Part shown: positions 1 to 9,000 of the stretch, in pieces
Numbering within the stretch: position 1 is the first letter of the stretch
Layout of the letters: every line of letters starts with the position of its first letter
DNA from: an uncultured virus (IMG/VR IMGVR_UViG_3300044212_000089)
Lineage: Duplodnaviria > Heunggongvirae > Uroviricota > Caudoviricetes
Reading direction: 5' to 3' (one strand)
DNA: 20,000 bases
IMG/VR virus record: IMGVR_UViG_3300044212_000089
Program-made: the position numbers and the translations under genes
The notes under the pieces: generated by a model
The model's input: only the letters and a program-made list of their open reading frames with translations
The model's database searches: none
Told to the model about the DNA's origin: nothing

Positions 1-24
1 ATCCATTTCTGCCATTTTTGACAT
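1..24 (-). CDS. 5' end of a phage-like hypothetical protein (MSKMAEMD...), runs off the left edge
   Basis: Minus-strand ATG at 24, preceded by AAGGAGG (33-39). Overlaps the end of the upstream small ORF. Only 8 codons are visible. Confidence 0.5.
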
Positions 25-166
25 TCTCTTTGCCTCCTTCCAATGGTTGTCTGTCTGCGGCAAGGATCGAGAGGTTCCTTGCCAGTCTTGCGGATACATG
101 GCTTATCGCGATAAGAACGGCGATAACCTCGGTGTCCGCGGGACTTCTGTTGCGTGTCGTGTTCAT
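1..166 (-). CDS. Small hypothetical protein (MNTTRNRSPADTEVIAVLIAISHVSARLARNLSILAADRQPLEGGKENVKNGRNG...), partial
   Basis: Not in the ORF track. Minus strand reads GGAGG-AAAC-GTG-ATG (ATG at 166) and is open to the window edge. It lies directly downstream of the sigma-like gene. Confidence 0.6.
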   Translation of the reverse strand, partial: MNTTRNRSPADTEVIAVLIAISHVSARLARNLSILAADRQPLEGGKENVKNGRNG

Positions 167-264
167 CACGTTTCCTCCAATCCGGAGCATCTGTTTTCGT
201 GCTCCTTACACTTCCCACTGGAGGCGGGCGGGCCGTTTTGACGAAGGGAAAAGAAGAATTTCAG

Positions 265-300
265 AAAAAAGCTCCGGCCACCACGATGGGCAGCCGGAGC
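265..300 (-). terminator. Intrinsic terminator after the sigma-factor-like gene
   Basis: Minus strand GCTCCGGCTGCC-CATCGT-GGTGGCCGGAGC followed by TTTTTT, 7 nt after the stop at 308. Confidence 0.7.
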
Positions 301-307
301 CGCATGA

Positions 308-808
308 TTAGAACCAGTCGGGGAACTCCTGAGACAGCTTCCCCTCGGCCTTCTTCAGACGGGACAGGAACGTCGTGCGCTTGATGCCGACGATGTCGGC
401 GATGGCCTCGTCGGAGAGGCCTTCCTCGCGGAGCTCTCCGATACGCTTGGCCTCCGGCATGAGCTCCTGCAGACGCTCGAACAGCTGGTCCAGCTCCGCC
501 TTCTCGGAAAGCACCTCTTCAATAAGAGGAGCGCCGTCCGGAACGTAATCGGCGAGCGTTCCTTCGCCGTCAGGCAGTGGATCGTCAAGAGAGACGGTCG
601 TGTTGTTGCGGAATTCGCAGTCGAGGCAGTTGCCGTCGCACAGCCACCATTTGCTGCGCGGGCAGAAGCACTCGCCGCGATACTGCATGCGTTTCCTCAG
701 CGCCGTGCGCCAGCGGTCGTACTCGCGATACTGGTCCTCCGGGATCTCGTACCACTGCTTGGTGGTCTTGTCGTAGATGCGTTTACTCTGATTGTCATTG
801 GTTTTCAT
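308..808 (-). CDS. Sigma-70 region 4-like / sigma-factor-like HTH protein of phage/ICE type (166 aa)
   Basis: C-terminal EGLSDEAIADIVGIKRTTFLSRLKKA is a sigma region-4-type HTH, preceded by VSLDDPL. Cys cluster CFCPRSKWWLCDGNCLDC. Start moved to ATG 808 (MKTNDN), which has GGAGGT upstream. Confidence 0.8.
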   Translation of the reverse strand: MKTNDNQSKRIYDKTTKQWYEIPEDQYREYDRWRTALRKRMQYRGECFCPRSKWWLCDGNCLDCEFRNNTTVSLDDPLPDGEGTLADYVPDGAPLIEEVLSEKAELDQLFERLQELMPEAKRIGELREEGLSDEAIADIVGIKRTTFLSRLKKAEGKLSQEFPDWF

Positions 809-850
809 GCGCGATACCTCCGTTCGCTTCTCCCGAACCGGAGGCCGCAC

Positions 851-915
851 AAAAAAGGAGCGTGACAGGCCAGACGGAACGGGAATTAACTCGTTTCGTT
901 CGGCCAGCCACGCTC
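851..915 (-). terminator. Long irregular hairpin plus U-tract in the leader of the sigma-like gene (possible attenuator)
   Basis: Minus strand GAGCGTGGCTGGCCG...CTGGCCTGTCACGCTC then CTTTTTT. Outer arms at 858-864 and 909-915 are perfectly complementary. Ends ~40 nt before ATG 808. Confidence 0.6.
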
Positions 916-1098
916 GTAGACTGGTTTTTTATTCATTTGTGACCGCTACAACTGCTCGAGCCACCTCTGTGCACCGGGGTGAACGGCTATGGCGGTGAGC
1001 CTTTTAACGCCTTGCTCAGGGCAAATCCGAACCTCCTAACATATGGAGCTCTGCGGGCTGTTTTGTAGCCCTTTTTCGATATGTTTCATAGGAGATTC

Positions 1099-1290
1099 TC
1101 AGTTGTCGTTAATCATCAGCTCCAGATCGCCGAACACTTCCTCGTAATAGGAAGGGCAGAGATCGTCGAAGCAGGTCGCGTCGTAGCGCTGAAACACGCC
1201 ATCGACAGCTGCCTCTCCGTAGATGGAGCAGACCTGGTCAGCATCGTTCTCGATATTGATGCGCCACATTTCTCTATCGTCGTGAGTCAC
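1099..1290 (-). CDS. Small acidic hypothetical protein (63 aa)
   Basis: GTG start with strong RBS (GGAGGTGA). First gene of the leftward unit. Confidence 0.7.
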   Translation of the reverse strand: MTHDDREMWRINIENDADQVCSIYGEAAVDGVFQRYDATCFDDLCPSYYEEVFGDLELMINDN

Positions 1291-1361
1291 TGTCTCACCT
1301 CCATTTGTTTGCCTGTATTTGTCGATTCATGTATGTTTGACGCTTCTGAAATCTGATACTG

Positions 1362-1390
1362 TTGATTTGTTTATAAAGAACTCGTATAAT
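1362..1390 (+). promoter_or_regulatory. Sigma70/SigA-type promoter for the rightward defence operon
   Basis: TTGATT (1362-1367), 17-nt spacer, TATAAT (1385-1390), in the AT-rich divergent intergenic region. Confidence 0.6.
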
Positions 1391-1440
1391 TAATTCCAGA
1401 GGTCTGTCTTTTGTTGTCTTCAGGGCCCGTTCGATCAACT

Positions 1441-1525
1441 GACCTTATTGTCGAATGACAGTTAGGTCCTGAAAAAGGGAGGCACGCAGCAAATCAGGTC
1501 TTGCAGGTCCTGAATCAGGTCCTGA
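1441..1525 (+). repeat. Operator-like (C)AGGTCCTGA direct repeats plus an inverted GACCT/AGGTC pair
   Basis: AGGTCCTGA 1464-1472, CAGGTCTTG 1495-1503, CAGGTCCTGA 1504-1513 and 1516-1525. Imperfect inverted repeat GACCT-TATTGTCGAATGACAGTT-AGGTC at 1441-1468. Confidence 0.6.
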
Positions 1526-1529
1526 GGAG

Positions 1530-2387
1530 GTGATCAGTATTAAGAGCAACGAATTTCTCAATAAGCTGTATGGCTTTTTAGATAATCAGCGGAATCAAGG
1601 AACCTATATCATCGAGTTCTTCAATGCTGCTGGAAGCCATTATTTTGTGATGCCTCTTGCATATAAGAACAGGACAAATGAAGCTCTTGAAGGCGAGAGG
1701 CATTATGCCAAGGACAGACCGCTCATCCCGGAAATAAAGGAGTCGTTCCCGAATCCGATTAACCTGGATGGGCTTGCTGCATTCATTGACAAGAACCTGC
1801 CCGCCAACAAGCTCACAGCCTGCATGGCGGAGTTCGGAATTCCTTCTGGAGCGCAACTGGACAAGGCCAAGTTCGCTCATGCTCTTGCAGCACAGTTCAG
1901 TCTGTTCGTGACAACTCCCGGTGACGACGTTGACAACGCAGTCTGGGAGATGTATCAGACGCTTCTGGCAGGGCAACCGATATCTGCAGATGACATAAGC
2001 GGCCCTCGGTATGCTGGCGATGATGTTATGGTTGAATTCGGCGGCAGGCGTCATGAAGCGGACTGCTATGAGATCATTCACCACGAATGGAAATTACAGA
2101 ACTGTGGAACATGTGAATGGCATGACCGGAAGCTGGTTCTGGCGAATCAGACAGAAATACATCCTCGGCCGGCTCAGACCGTTATTCCGGTACCGGATAC
2201 AGGGCCGGGCGAATTTACAAAAATAGCCACAGACATAGATGTCCGTGGCTTCGAGGGAAACTTCGAATGCAAGTGGGAAATGCAGGATGCTGATGGAGAG
2301 AACTGCTTTCCGAATAAGCGGTGGGATTTCAATATAAGGATTCAGGTGACGTTCCATACGTCGGACGAAGGAGACACGCGTGGATAA
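1530..2387 (+). CDS. Hypothetical protein with C-terminal NBR1-Ig-like (FW) domain
   Basis: C-terminal WKLQNCGTCEW...VPDTGPGE...EGNFECKWEMQDADGENCF fits the NBR1 Ig-like pattern (WxxxNxGxxxW...VPxxxPGE...GxY/FxxxW). N-terminal ~155 aa helical and unassigned. Exact start uncertain. Confidence 0.7.
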   Translation: MISIKSNEFLNKLYGFLDNQRNQGTYIIEFFNAAGSHYFVMPLAYKNRTNEALEGERHYAKDRPLIPEIKESFPNPINLDGLAAFIDKNLPANKLTACMAEFGIPSGAQLDKAKFAHALAAQFSLFVTTPGDDVDNAVWEMYQTLLAGQPISADDISGPRYAGDDVMVEFGGRRHEADCYEIIHHEWKLQNCGTCEWHDRKLVLANQTEIHPRPAQTVIPVPDTGPGEFTKIATDIDVRGFEGNFECKWEMQDADGENCFPNKRWDFNIRIQVTFHTSDEGDTRG

Positions 2388-2595
2388 GAATATAGAAAAA
2401 TGGTCAACGATGAAGGAAGTGCAGGAATACCTCGGGGTAGGCCGCGAAAGCATCATGCAATGGATCAACAAGCGCAACATGCCTGCATACAAAGTCGGGC
2501 GACTTTGGAAATTCAAACTGAGCGAAGTCGATGACTGGATTCGCTCCGGCGGAGCTGCCGAAGAAAACAGCGAAAAGGAAAACAAGGAAAACTGA
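2380..2595 (+). CDS. Excisionase-family (HTH_17) DNA-binding protein
   Basis: WSTMKEVQEYLGVGRESIMQWINKRNMPAYKVGRLWKFKLSEVDDWI is a classic Xis/HTH_17 winged helix. GTG start with AAGGAG RBS, 8-nt overlap with the upstream gene. Confidence 0.9.
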   Translation: MDKNIEKWSTMKEVQEYLGVGRESIMQWINKRNMPAYKVGRLWKFKLSEVDDWIRSGGAAEENSEKENKEN

Positions 2596-2685
2596 TCGGC
2601 GAAGTCCAGACTATTGGATAGCCGGTAATTCATAATAAATGAAAAAGGCCGCTGCGAAGAAACAGCGGTACGAAGGAGAAAATCA

Positions 2686-4692
2686 ATGGACAATCAGGAG
2701 TACAACTCGATAGTCAGCTTTATATGGGGAATCGCAGACGACTGCCTGCGCGACGTCTATGTCCGCGGCAAATACCGTGACGTTATTCTGCCGATGACGG
2801 TCATCCGCCGCCTTGATGCAATGCTGGAAGGGACGAAGGAAGCCGTTCTTACCATGAAGAAGCAGTTGGACACCGCCAAGATCGATAACCAGTGGCCTGC
2901 GCTCTGCAACACTGCCGGACAGGCGTTCTGCAATGCCTCGCCATTCCTTTTAAAGGATCTGACGAGCCGCTCGAAGAAGCAGACACTTGAAGCGGACTTC
3001 AAGGCATACCTGGACGGCTTCTCTCCGAACGTTCAGGAGATCCTCGACAAATTCAAGTTCCGCGACCAGATCAAGACGATGGTAGACGCGGACATTCTTG
3101 GCGCGGTCATCGACAAGTTCACATCATCGGATATCAACCTCAGCCCGAATCCTGTTTATAAGGACGCGGAGAAAAAGATCGTGAAGCTGCCGGGACTCGA
3201 TAACCACGGCATGGGAACGATCTTCGAGGAGTTAATCCGCCGATTTAACGAAGAAAACAATGAGGAAGCCGGAGAACACTGGACACCGAGGGACGTTGTC
3301 GAGCTCATGGCTGACCTTGCTTTCTATCCCGTTGAAGACCAGATCAAAGATGCAACATACTCCTGCTATGACGGTGCCTGTGGCACAGGAGGAATGCTTA
3401 CGGTTGCTCAGGCGCGACTCCTGACACTCGCGGGCCGTCGCGGAAAGAATGTCTCTATTCACCTGTTTGGTCAGGAGGTCCAGCCGGAAACGTACGCCAT
3501 CTGCAAAGCTGACATGCTGCTCAAGGGCGATGGCGAGGAAGCCGAACACATCTTCTATGGCTCAACGCTATCGCTGGATGGGAATCCGTCGCGGCAGTTC
3601 GACTTCATGCTTTCCAATCCACCGTATGGGAAAAGCTGGAAAACAGATGCAGACAAGATGGGTGGCAAGAGTGAAATCCTTGACACTCGTTTCAATGCAT
3701 ACCTTCCCGGCGGTGAGGAGCTAAAGATGATCCCGCGCACAAGCGACGGACAGCTTCTCTTCCTGCTTAACAATGTATCCAAGATGAAAACCGACACAGA
3801 ACTCGGGAGCCGCATCATCGAAGTACATAACGGCTCATCCCTGTTCACGGGCGATGCAGGAAGCGGTGAAAGCAATGCTCGCCGGTATATGATCGAGCGT
3901 GATCTGGTAGAGGCCATCATCGCATTGCCTGACAACATGTTCTACAACACAGGCATTGGCACATACATTTGGGTGCTTTCCAATAAGAAGGAAGAACGCC
4001 GCAAAGGCAAGATTCAGCTCATCGACGCGACAAATATGAAGTCCTCGCTGCGCAAGAACATGGGCAATAAGAACTGCGAATTCACGCCGGAAATCCGTAA
4101 GGAAATTGTCCGCATCTTCCTCGACATGGAGGAAAGCGACGTAAGCATGATATTCGATAACAGTGAGTTCGGCTACTGGAATGTAACTGTCGAGCGCCCG
4201 CTGCGCCTGCGCGTATTCCCGGAACGAGAAATCCCGGAAGATACGTTCAAGAAGCAGTCAGAGCTTGATGCAGTTCGTGAGGCCATCGCCAAGATTCCTG
4301 CGGGAACGCCGCTTGACGATTGGGACGCTTTTGCCAAGGCGACAAAGCTCAAAAAGACGCAGCTCAAGAAGATCCGTCCGTTTATCACGGAAACTGATCC
4401 ACATGCAAAAGAGGTTGAAGGCGAATCCGATCCGAACCTCCGCGACTCGGAAAACATTCCGTTCAACTACGATGGTGGGATCGATGCATTCATCGAAAAG
4501 GAAATCAAGCCATATGCACCGGACGCCTACGTGGATGAAAGCAAGACAAAGATCGGCTACGAGATCAGCTTCACGAAGTACTTCTACAAGCCGGTGCAAC
4601 TCCGTGATATGAAAGACATCCTTGCCTCGCTTGAGGAGCTCGAAAAGGAGTCTGATGGGGTCATGGATGAGATCGTGGAGGGACTGGAGTAA
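2686..4692 (+). CDS. hsdM: Type I R-M methyltransferase subunit M
   Basis: N-terminal FIWGIADDCLRDVY..GKYRDVILP, GEHWTPRDVV (motif X), YDGACGTGG (motif I), NPPYG (motif IV), FYNTGIGTY. RBS AAGGAG. Confidence 0.95.
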   Translation: MDNQEYNSIVSFIWGIADDCLRDVYVRGKYRDVILPMTVIRRLDAMLEGTKEAVLTMKKQLDTAKIDNQWPALCNTAGQAFCNASPFLLKDLTSRSKKQTLEADFKAYLDGFSPNVQEILDKFKFRDQIKTMVDADILGAVIDKFTSSDINLSPNPVYKDAEKKIVKLPGLDNHGMGTIFEELIRRFNEENNEEAGEHWTPRDVVELMADLAFYPVEDQIKDATYSCYDGACGTGGMLTVAQARLLTLAGRRGKNVSIHLFGQEVQPETYAICKADMLLKGDGEEAEHIFYGSTLSLDGNPSRQFDFMLSNPPYGKSWKTDADKMGGKSEILDTRFNAYLPGGEELKMIPRTSDGQLLFLLNNVSKMKTDTELGSRIIEVHNGSSLFTGDAGSGESNARRYMIERDLVEAIIALPDNMFYNTGIGTYIWVLSNKKEERRKGKIQLIDATNMKSSLRKNMGNKNCEFTPEIRKEIVRIFLDMEESDVSMIFDNSEFGYWNVTVERPLRLRVFPEREIPEDTFKKQSELDAVREAIAKIPAGTPLDDWDAFAKATKLKKTQLKKIRPFITETDPHAKEVEGESDPNLRDSENIPFNYDGGIDAFIEKEIKPYAPDAYVDESKTKIGYEISFTKYFYKPVQLRDMKDILASLEELEKESDGVMDEIVEGLE

Positions 4693-6074
4693 TGGTTGAA
4701 TACGAATCTTATAAGAGTTCGTTCTATGATTGGCTGGGGAAGATTCCTTCTCATTGGGAAGAAAAGTTTTTAGAGCAAACTGCCTCAGAAAAATGTGACA
4801 AGAATATTGGCAATACAGTTACTCAAGTTTTGTCTTTAAGTTATGGAGAAATCAAGAAAAAAGGCGATTTAAACAAAGGACTGATTGCACGAGATTTGTC
4901 GACATATCAAATAATAGCCCCAGGCAATATTGTCATGCGCCTTACAGATTTGCAGAATGATCATAAAAGCCTGCGTACTGGTCTGGTAAAGGACGACGGA
5001 ATTATTACGGCGGCGTATTTGTGTCTGGCTCCGAGAATCAGTTCGGAATATCTCCATTATTTGCTCCACGCTTATGATGTAAAGAAAGTTTTCTACGGTA
5101 TGGGTGGCGGCGTTCGGCAATCTATAGGTTTTAAGGATATACGGCACATGTATATTCCTGTTCCTCCCCGCGCCGAGCAGGATCAGATTGTGCGCTTCCT
5201 CGATTGGAAAGTCTCTGAGATCAACAAGCTGATCGGAATCCGCCGGAAGGAGATACAGGAACTGCGGGCCTTGAAATCAGCTGTCATCAACTCCGCAATT
5301 ACAAGAGGCATTGATGCAAATGTGGCCATGAAAAGGACAGGCGTTTATTATCTGCCTGAAGTTCCCGCTTCATGGAAAGTAACAAAGCTAAAGAGAATAT
5401 GCAAAGTTGGCGCATCGATTAATGATCTGATAAGGGAGCATTCAGATCAGGACGAGGTGGTTTTCTTGCCTATGGAAAATATTTCAGAAGATGGCGAGAT
5501 CGATTGCTCAATAAAGCAGCCTATTGCCAAAGTAAAAACTGGTTTCTCATCTTTTGCGAAAAATGATGTTGTAGTGGCAAAGATCACACCATGCTTTGAG
5601 AATGGCAAGGGTGCTTGTCTTGATAAACTTGAATCCGATATTGGGTACGGTACGACAGAACTGTTTAACTTAAGAGCTGGGAATGACGTCCTTCCAGAGT
5701 ATCTGTATTTCATTACAATGACTAAGCTGTTCCGCATTCTCGGAGAAGGTCAAATGACTGGGTCAGCGGGTCAAAAAAGGGTGCCTGCGGATTTTATCAG
5801 GGATTTCACTATAGGCCTGCCGCCCATAGATGAACAGCAGGAAATTGTCGATTACATTCGCTCCGAGAAGGGACGGATTAACAGACTTATAGCAACTAAG
5901 CATGAACAGCTAAGGGCTCTGACGGAATTTAAGTCTTCTGTTGTATCAGATGCTGTCACCGGAAAAATCGATGTCCGAAATGTCACTGTTCCTGAGTATG
6001 AACACGTAGATGACATCGTTGACGATGATTCGGAGAATAACGAAGAAACAGAGACCGACGGAGAGGAGGCTTGA
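4692..6074 (+). CDS. hsdS: Type I R-M specificity subunit S
   Basis: Two TRDs, each followed by a conserved helix (PVPPRAEQDQIVRFLD; LPPIDEQQEIVDYI...SDAVTGKIDVR). WLGKIPSHW at the N-terminus. TAATG coupling with hsdM. Confidence 0.95.
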   Translation: MVEYESYKSSFYDWLGKIPSHWEEKFLEQTASEKCDKNIGNTVTQVLSLSYGEIKKKGDLNKGLIARDLSTYQIIAPGNIVMRLTDLQNDHKSLRTGLVKDDGIITAAYLCLAPRISSEYLHYLLHAYDVKKVFYGMGGGVRQSIGFKDIRHMYIPVPPRAEQDQIVRFLDWKVSEINKLIGIRRKEIQELRALKSAVINSAITRGIDANVAMKRTGVYYLPEVPASWKVTKLKRICKVGASINDLIREHSDQDEVVFLPMENISEDGEIDCSIKQPIAKVKTGFSSFAKNDVVVAKITPCFENGKGACLDKLESDIGYGTTELFNLRAGNDVLPEYLYFITMTKLFRILGEGQMTGSAGQKRVPADFIRDFTIGLPPIDEQQEIVDYIRSEKGRINRLIATKHEQLRALTEFKSSVVSDAVTGKIDVRNVTVPEYEHVDDIVDDDSENNEETETDGEEA

Positions 6075-6076
6075 TC

Positions 6077-9000
6077 ATGGCTTTTACGGATAAAACCGAG
6101 AGGGGATTTGAGACGATCATCGTGAACTGGCTCGTGGAGCAGAATGGCTACGAGCAGGGAACGAATGACGACTACAGTAAGGAATACGCCGTAGACGAAA
6201 CCCGCCTCTTCCGGTTCCTGAATGATACGCAGCCGAGGGAAATGGCAAAGCTTGGTGTAAATAACAGCGATCAGAAGAAGCGGCAGTTCCTAAACCGCCT
6301 TTCCGGAGAGATTGCCAAGCGCGGCATTATTGATGTGTTGCGAAACGGTGTGAAAGCGTATCCGGCTGACCTCATCATGTTCTACTTCACGCCGACTGAG
6401 AACAACGAGAAGTCGAAGCAGATGTTTGAAAAGAATATCTTCAGTGTGACACGGCAGCTTCGCTATTCCATCGACGCTTCAAAGCTCGCACTCGACCTTT
6501 GCCTGTTCATCAACGGTCTTCCGGTCGTCACGATTGAGCTCAAGAATCATTTCACTGGTCAGTCGACAGCAGATGCCGTTGAGCAGTATAAGGAAGATCG
6601 CGATCCGCGGGACACGATGTTCTCGTTCAAACGGTGCATGGTGCATTTCGCAGTCGATGACCAGACCGTCATGTTCTGCACGAAGCTTGCTGGTAAAGAC
6701 AGCTGGTTCCTGCCATTCAACAAGGGCTATAACGATGGCGCGGGCAATCCGCCGAATCCGGACGGCATCATGACAGACTATCTGTGGAAGGACATTCTGA
6801 CGAAGTGGAAGCTCTCCCGCATTATCGAGAATTACGCTCAGGTCGTCGTTGACGAAGATCCGGACACGAAGAAGAAAACCGTGAAACAGATCTGGCCACG
6901 CTACCATCAGCTGGACTGCGTGGAGAAGCTGCTCACAGATGTGAAACAAAACGGTGTCGGTAAGCGCTATCTCATCCAGCACAGTGCAGGCTCCGGAAAG
7001 TCGAATTCTATCGCATGGCTTGCTCATCAGCTGATTGGATTGGAACAAGACGGCCATCCCATGATCGATTCCGTTATCGTCGTCACCGACCGCAGGATTC
7101 TGGACAAGCAGATCCGCGATACCATCAAGCAGTTCATGCAGGTGAAAAACACGGTCGTTTGGGCACAGCATTCCGGAGACCTGAAAAAGGCAATCCAGGA
7201 TGGCAAGCGGATCATTATAACCACGGTTGAGAAGTTCCCGTACATCTCGCAGGAAATCGGTCAGGAACATATCAATAATCATTTTGCCATTATCATCGAT
7301 GAGGCACACTCAGGCCAGAGCGGGCGCAATTCCGCGAATATGAATCTGGCGCTTTCCGGCATGGCTTCAGACAACGAAATGGACAATGAAGACAAGATCA
7401 ATGCGATTGTCGAGGGCCGGAAGCTCGTAAAGACCGCGAGCTATTTTGCGTTCACCGCGACCCCAAAGAACAAGACCGAGGAGGTTTTCGGAACGCCATA
7501 TGAAGAGGATGGCGAAATCAAGCACAGGCCTTTCCATGTTTACACCATGAAGCAGGCCATTCAGGAAGGCTTCATCCTTGACGTCTTGAAGAACTATACG
7601 GCGATCGACAGCTGGTACAAGATTGCCAAGAAGGTCGAGGACGATCCGATGTTCGACAAGAAGCGCGCCCAGAAAAAACTGCGTTCCTTTGTCGAGGGGA
7701 ATCCGGATGTCATCGCCAAGAAGGCTGCCATGATGGTGGATCACTTCCATGAGCAGATCATCGCTAAGAAGAAGCTGAACGGAAAGTCCCGCGCAATGGT
7801 GGTGACCGCGAGCATCCCACGCTGCATCGAGACCTACTATGCCATCAACAAGTGCCTTGCAGACAGACATAGTCCGTACAAGGCGATTATCGCTTTCTCC
7901 GGCGAGTGCAAATACAACGGACAGGAACCTGCCCTGACGTCGGCAGGACTGAACGGGTTCCCGGACGCCAAGATCCCGAAGGAGTTCAAGAAAGATCCGT
8001 ATCGTCTTCTGGTAGTTGCAGACATGTTCCAGACCGGATTTGATGAGCCACTTCTGCAGACCATGTACGTGGATAAGCCGCTTTATGACATTGCGGCAGT
8101 GCAGACGCTTTCCCGTCTGAACCGCGCGGCTCCCGGGAAGGACGAAGTCTATGTGCTGGACTTTGCAAACAAGACATCGACGATTCAGGACGCCTTCTCG
8201 AAGTTCTACAGGACAACGATACTGTCTGGAGAGACTGATCCGAACAAGCTTTACGACCTGATCACGCTCATGGAGAGCTATCAGGTATATGACGCTGACG
8301 ATGTAGAGCACGTAGTTGATTTGTTCCTTGGCGGAGCTGAGAGAGACAGGCTTGATCCGTTGCTTGATCCGTGCGTGGCTACCTACAACGAACTCGAAAC
8401 GGACGATCAGATCAAGTTCAAGAGCGCAGCAAAGTCATTTGTCCGTACATACGGTTTCCTTGGTTCCATTCTTCCCTATGGGAATGTGGACTGGGAAAAG
8501 TTGTCGATCTTCCTGAATCTGCTAATACCGAAACTTCCGTCACCTCGTGAGGATGATTTGTCAGAGGGCATTTTGTCTACGATTGATCTGGACAGTTATC
8601 GGAATGAAGCACAGGAGGCCGTGGCCATAAAACTGGAGGACGAGGAGGCCGAGATTGCTCCGGTCCCTGCCGGAAAGGTCGGCCATAACGTTGAGCCGGA
8701 ACTTGATCCGCTTTCCAAGATCATCATGGATTTCAACGATATGTTCGGAAACATCCAGTGGAATGACGCTGATAACGTACAGCGCCAGATCCTCCAGATT
8801 CCGGCGATGGTTTCTCGTGACGAGAAATACCAGAATGCCATGAAGAATTCTGATGAGCAGGAAGCCCGAACAGAAAGCGAGCGCGCCCTGCAGAAGGTCA
8901 TCTTCTCCATCATGGCGGACAACATGGAGCTCTTTAAGCAGTTTCAGGACAATCCGTCGTTCAAGAAGTGGCTTACGAATATGGTATTCAACATGACGTA

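Noticed and set aside
18..384. Plus-strand ORFs 18-311, 47-241, 154-384
   Set aside because: They lack RBSs and overlap minus-strand genes and a terminator with better signals.
2380..2595. HTH as the functional excisionase of an adjacent integrase
   Set aside because: No integrase in the window; its position ahead of hsdM fits a regulator better.
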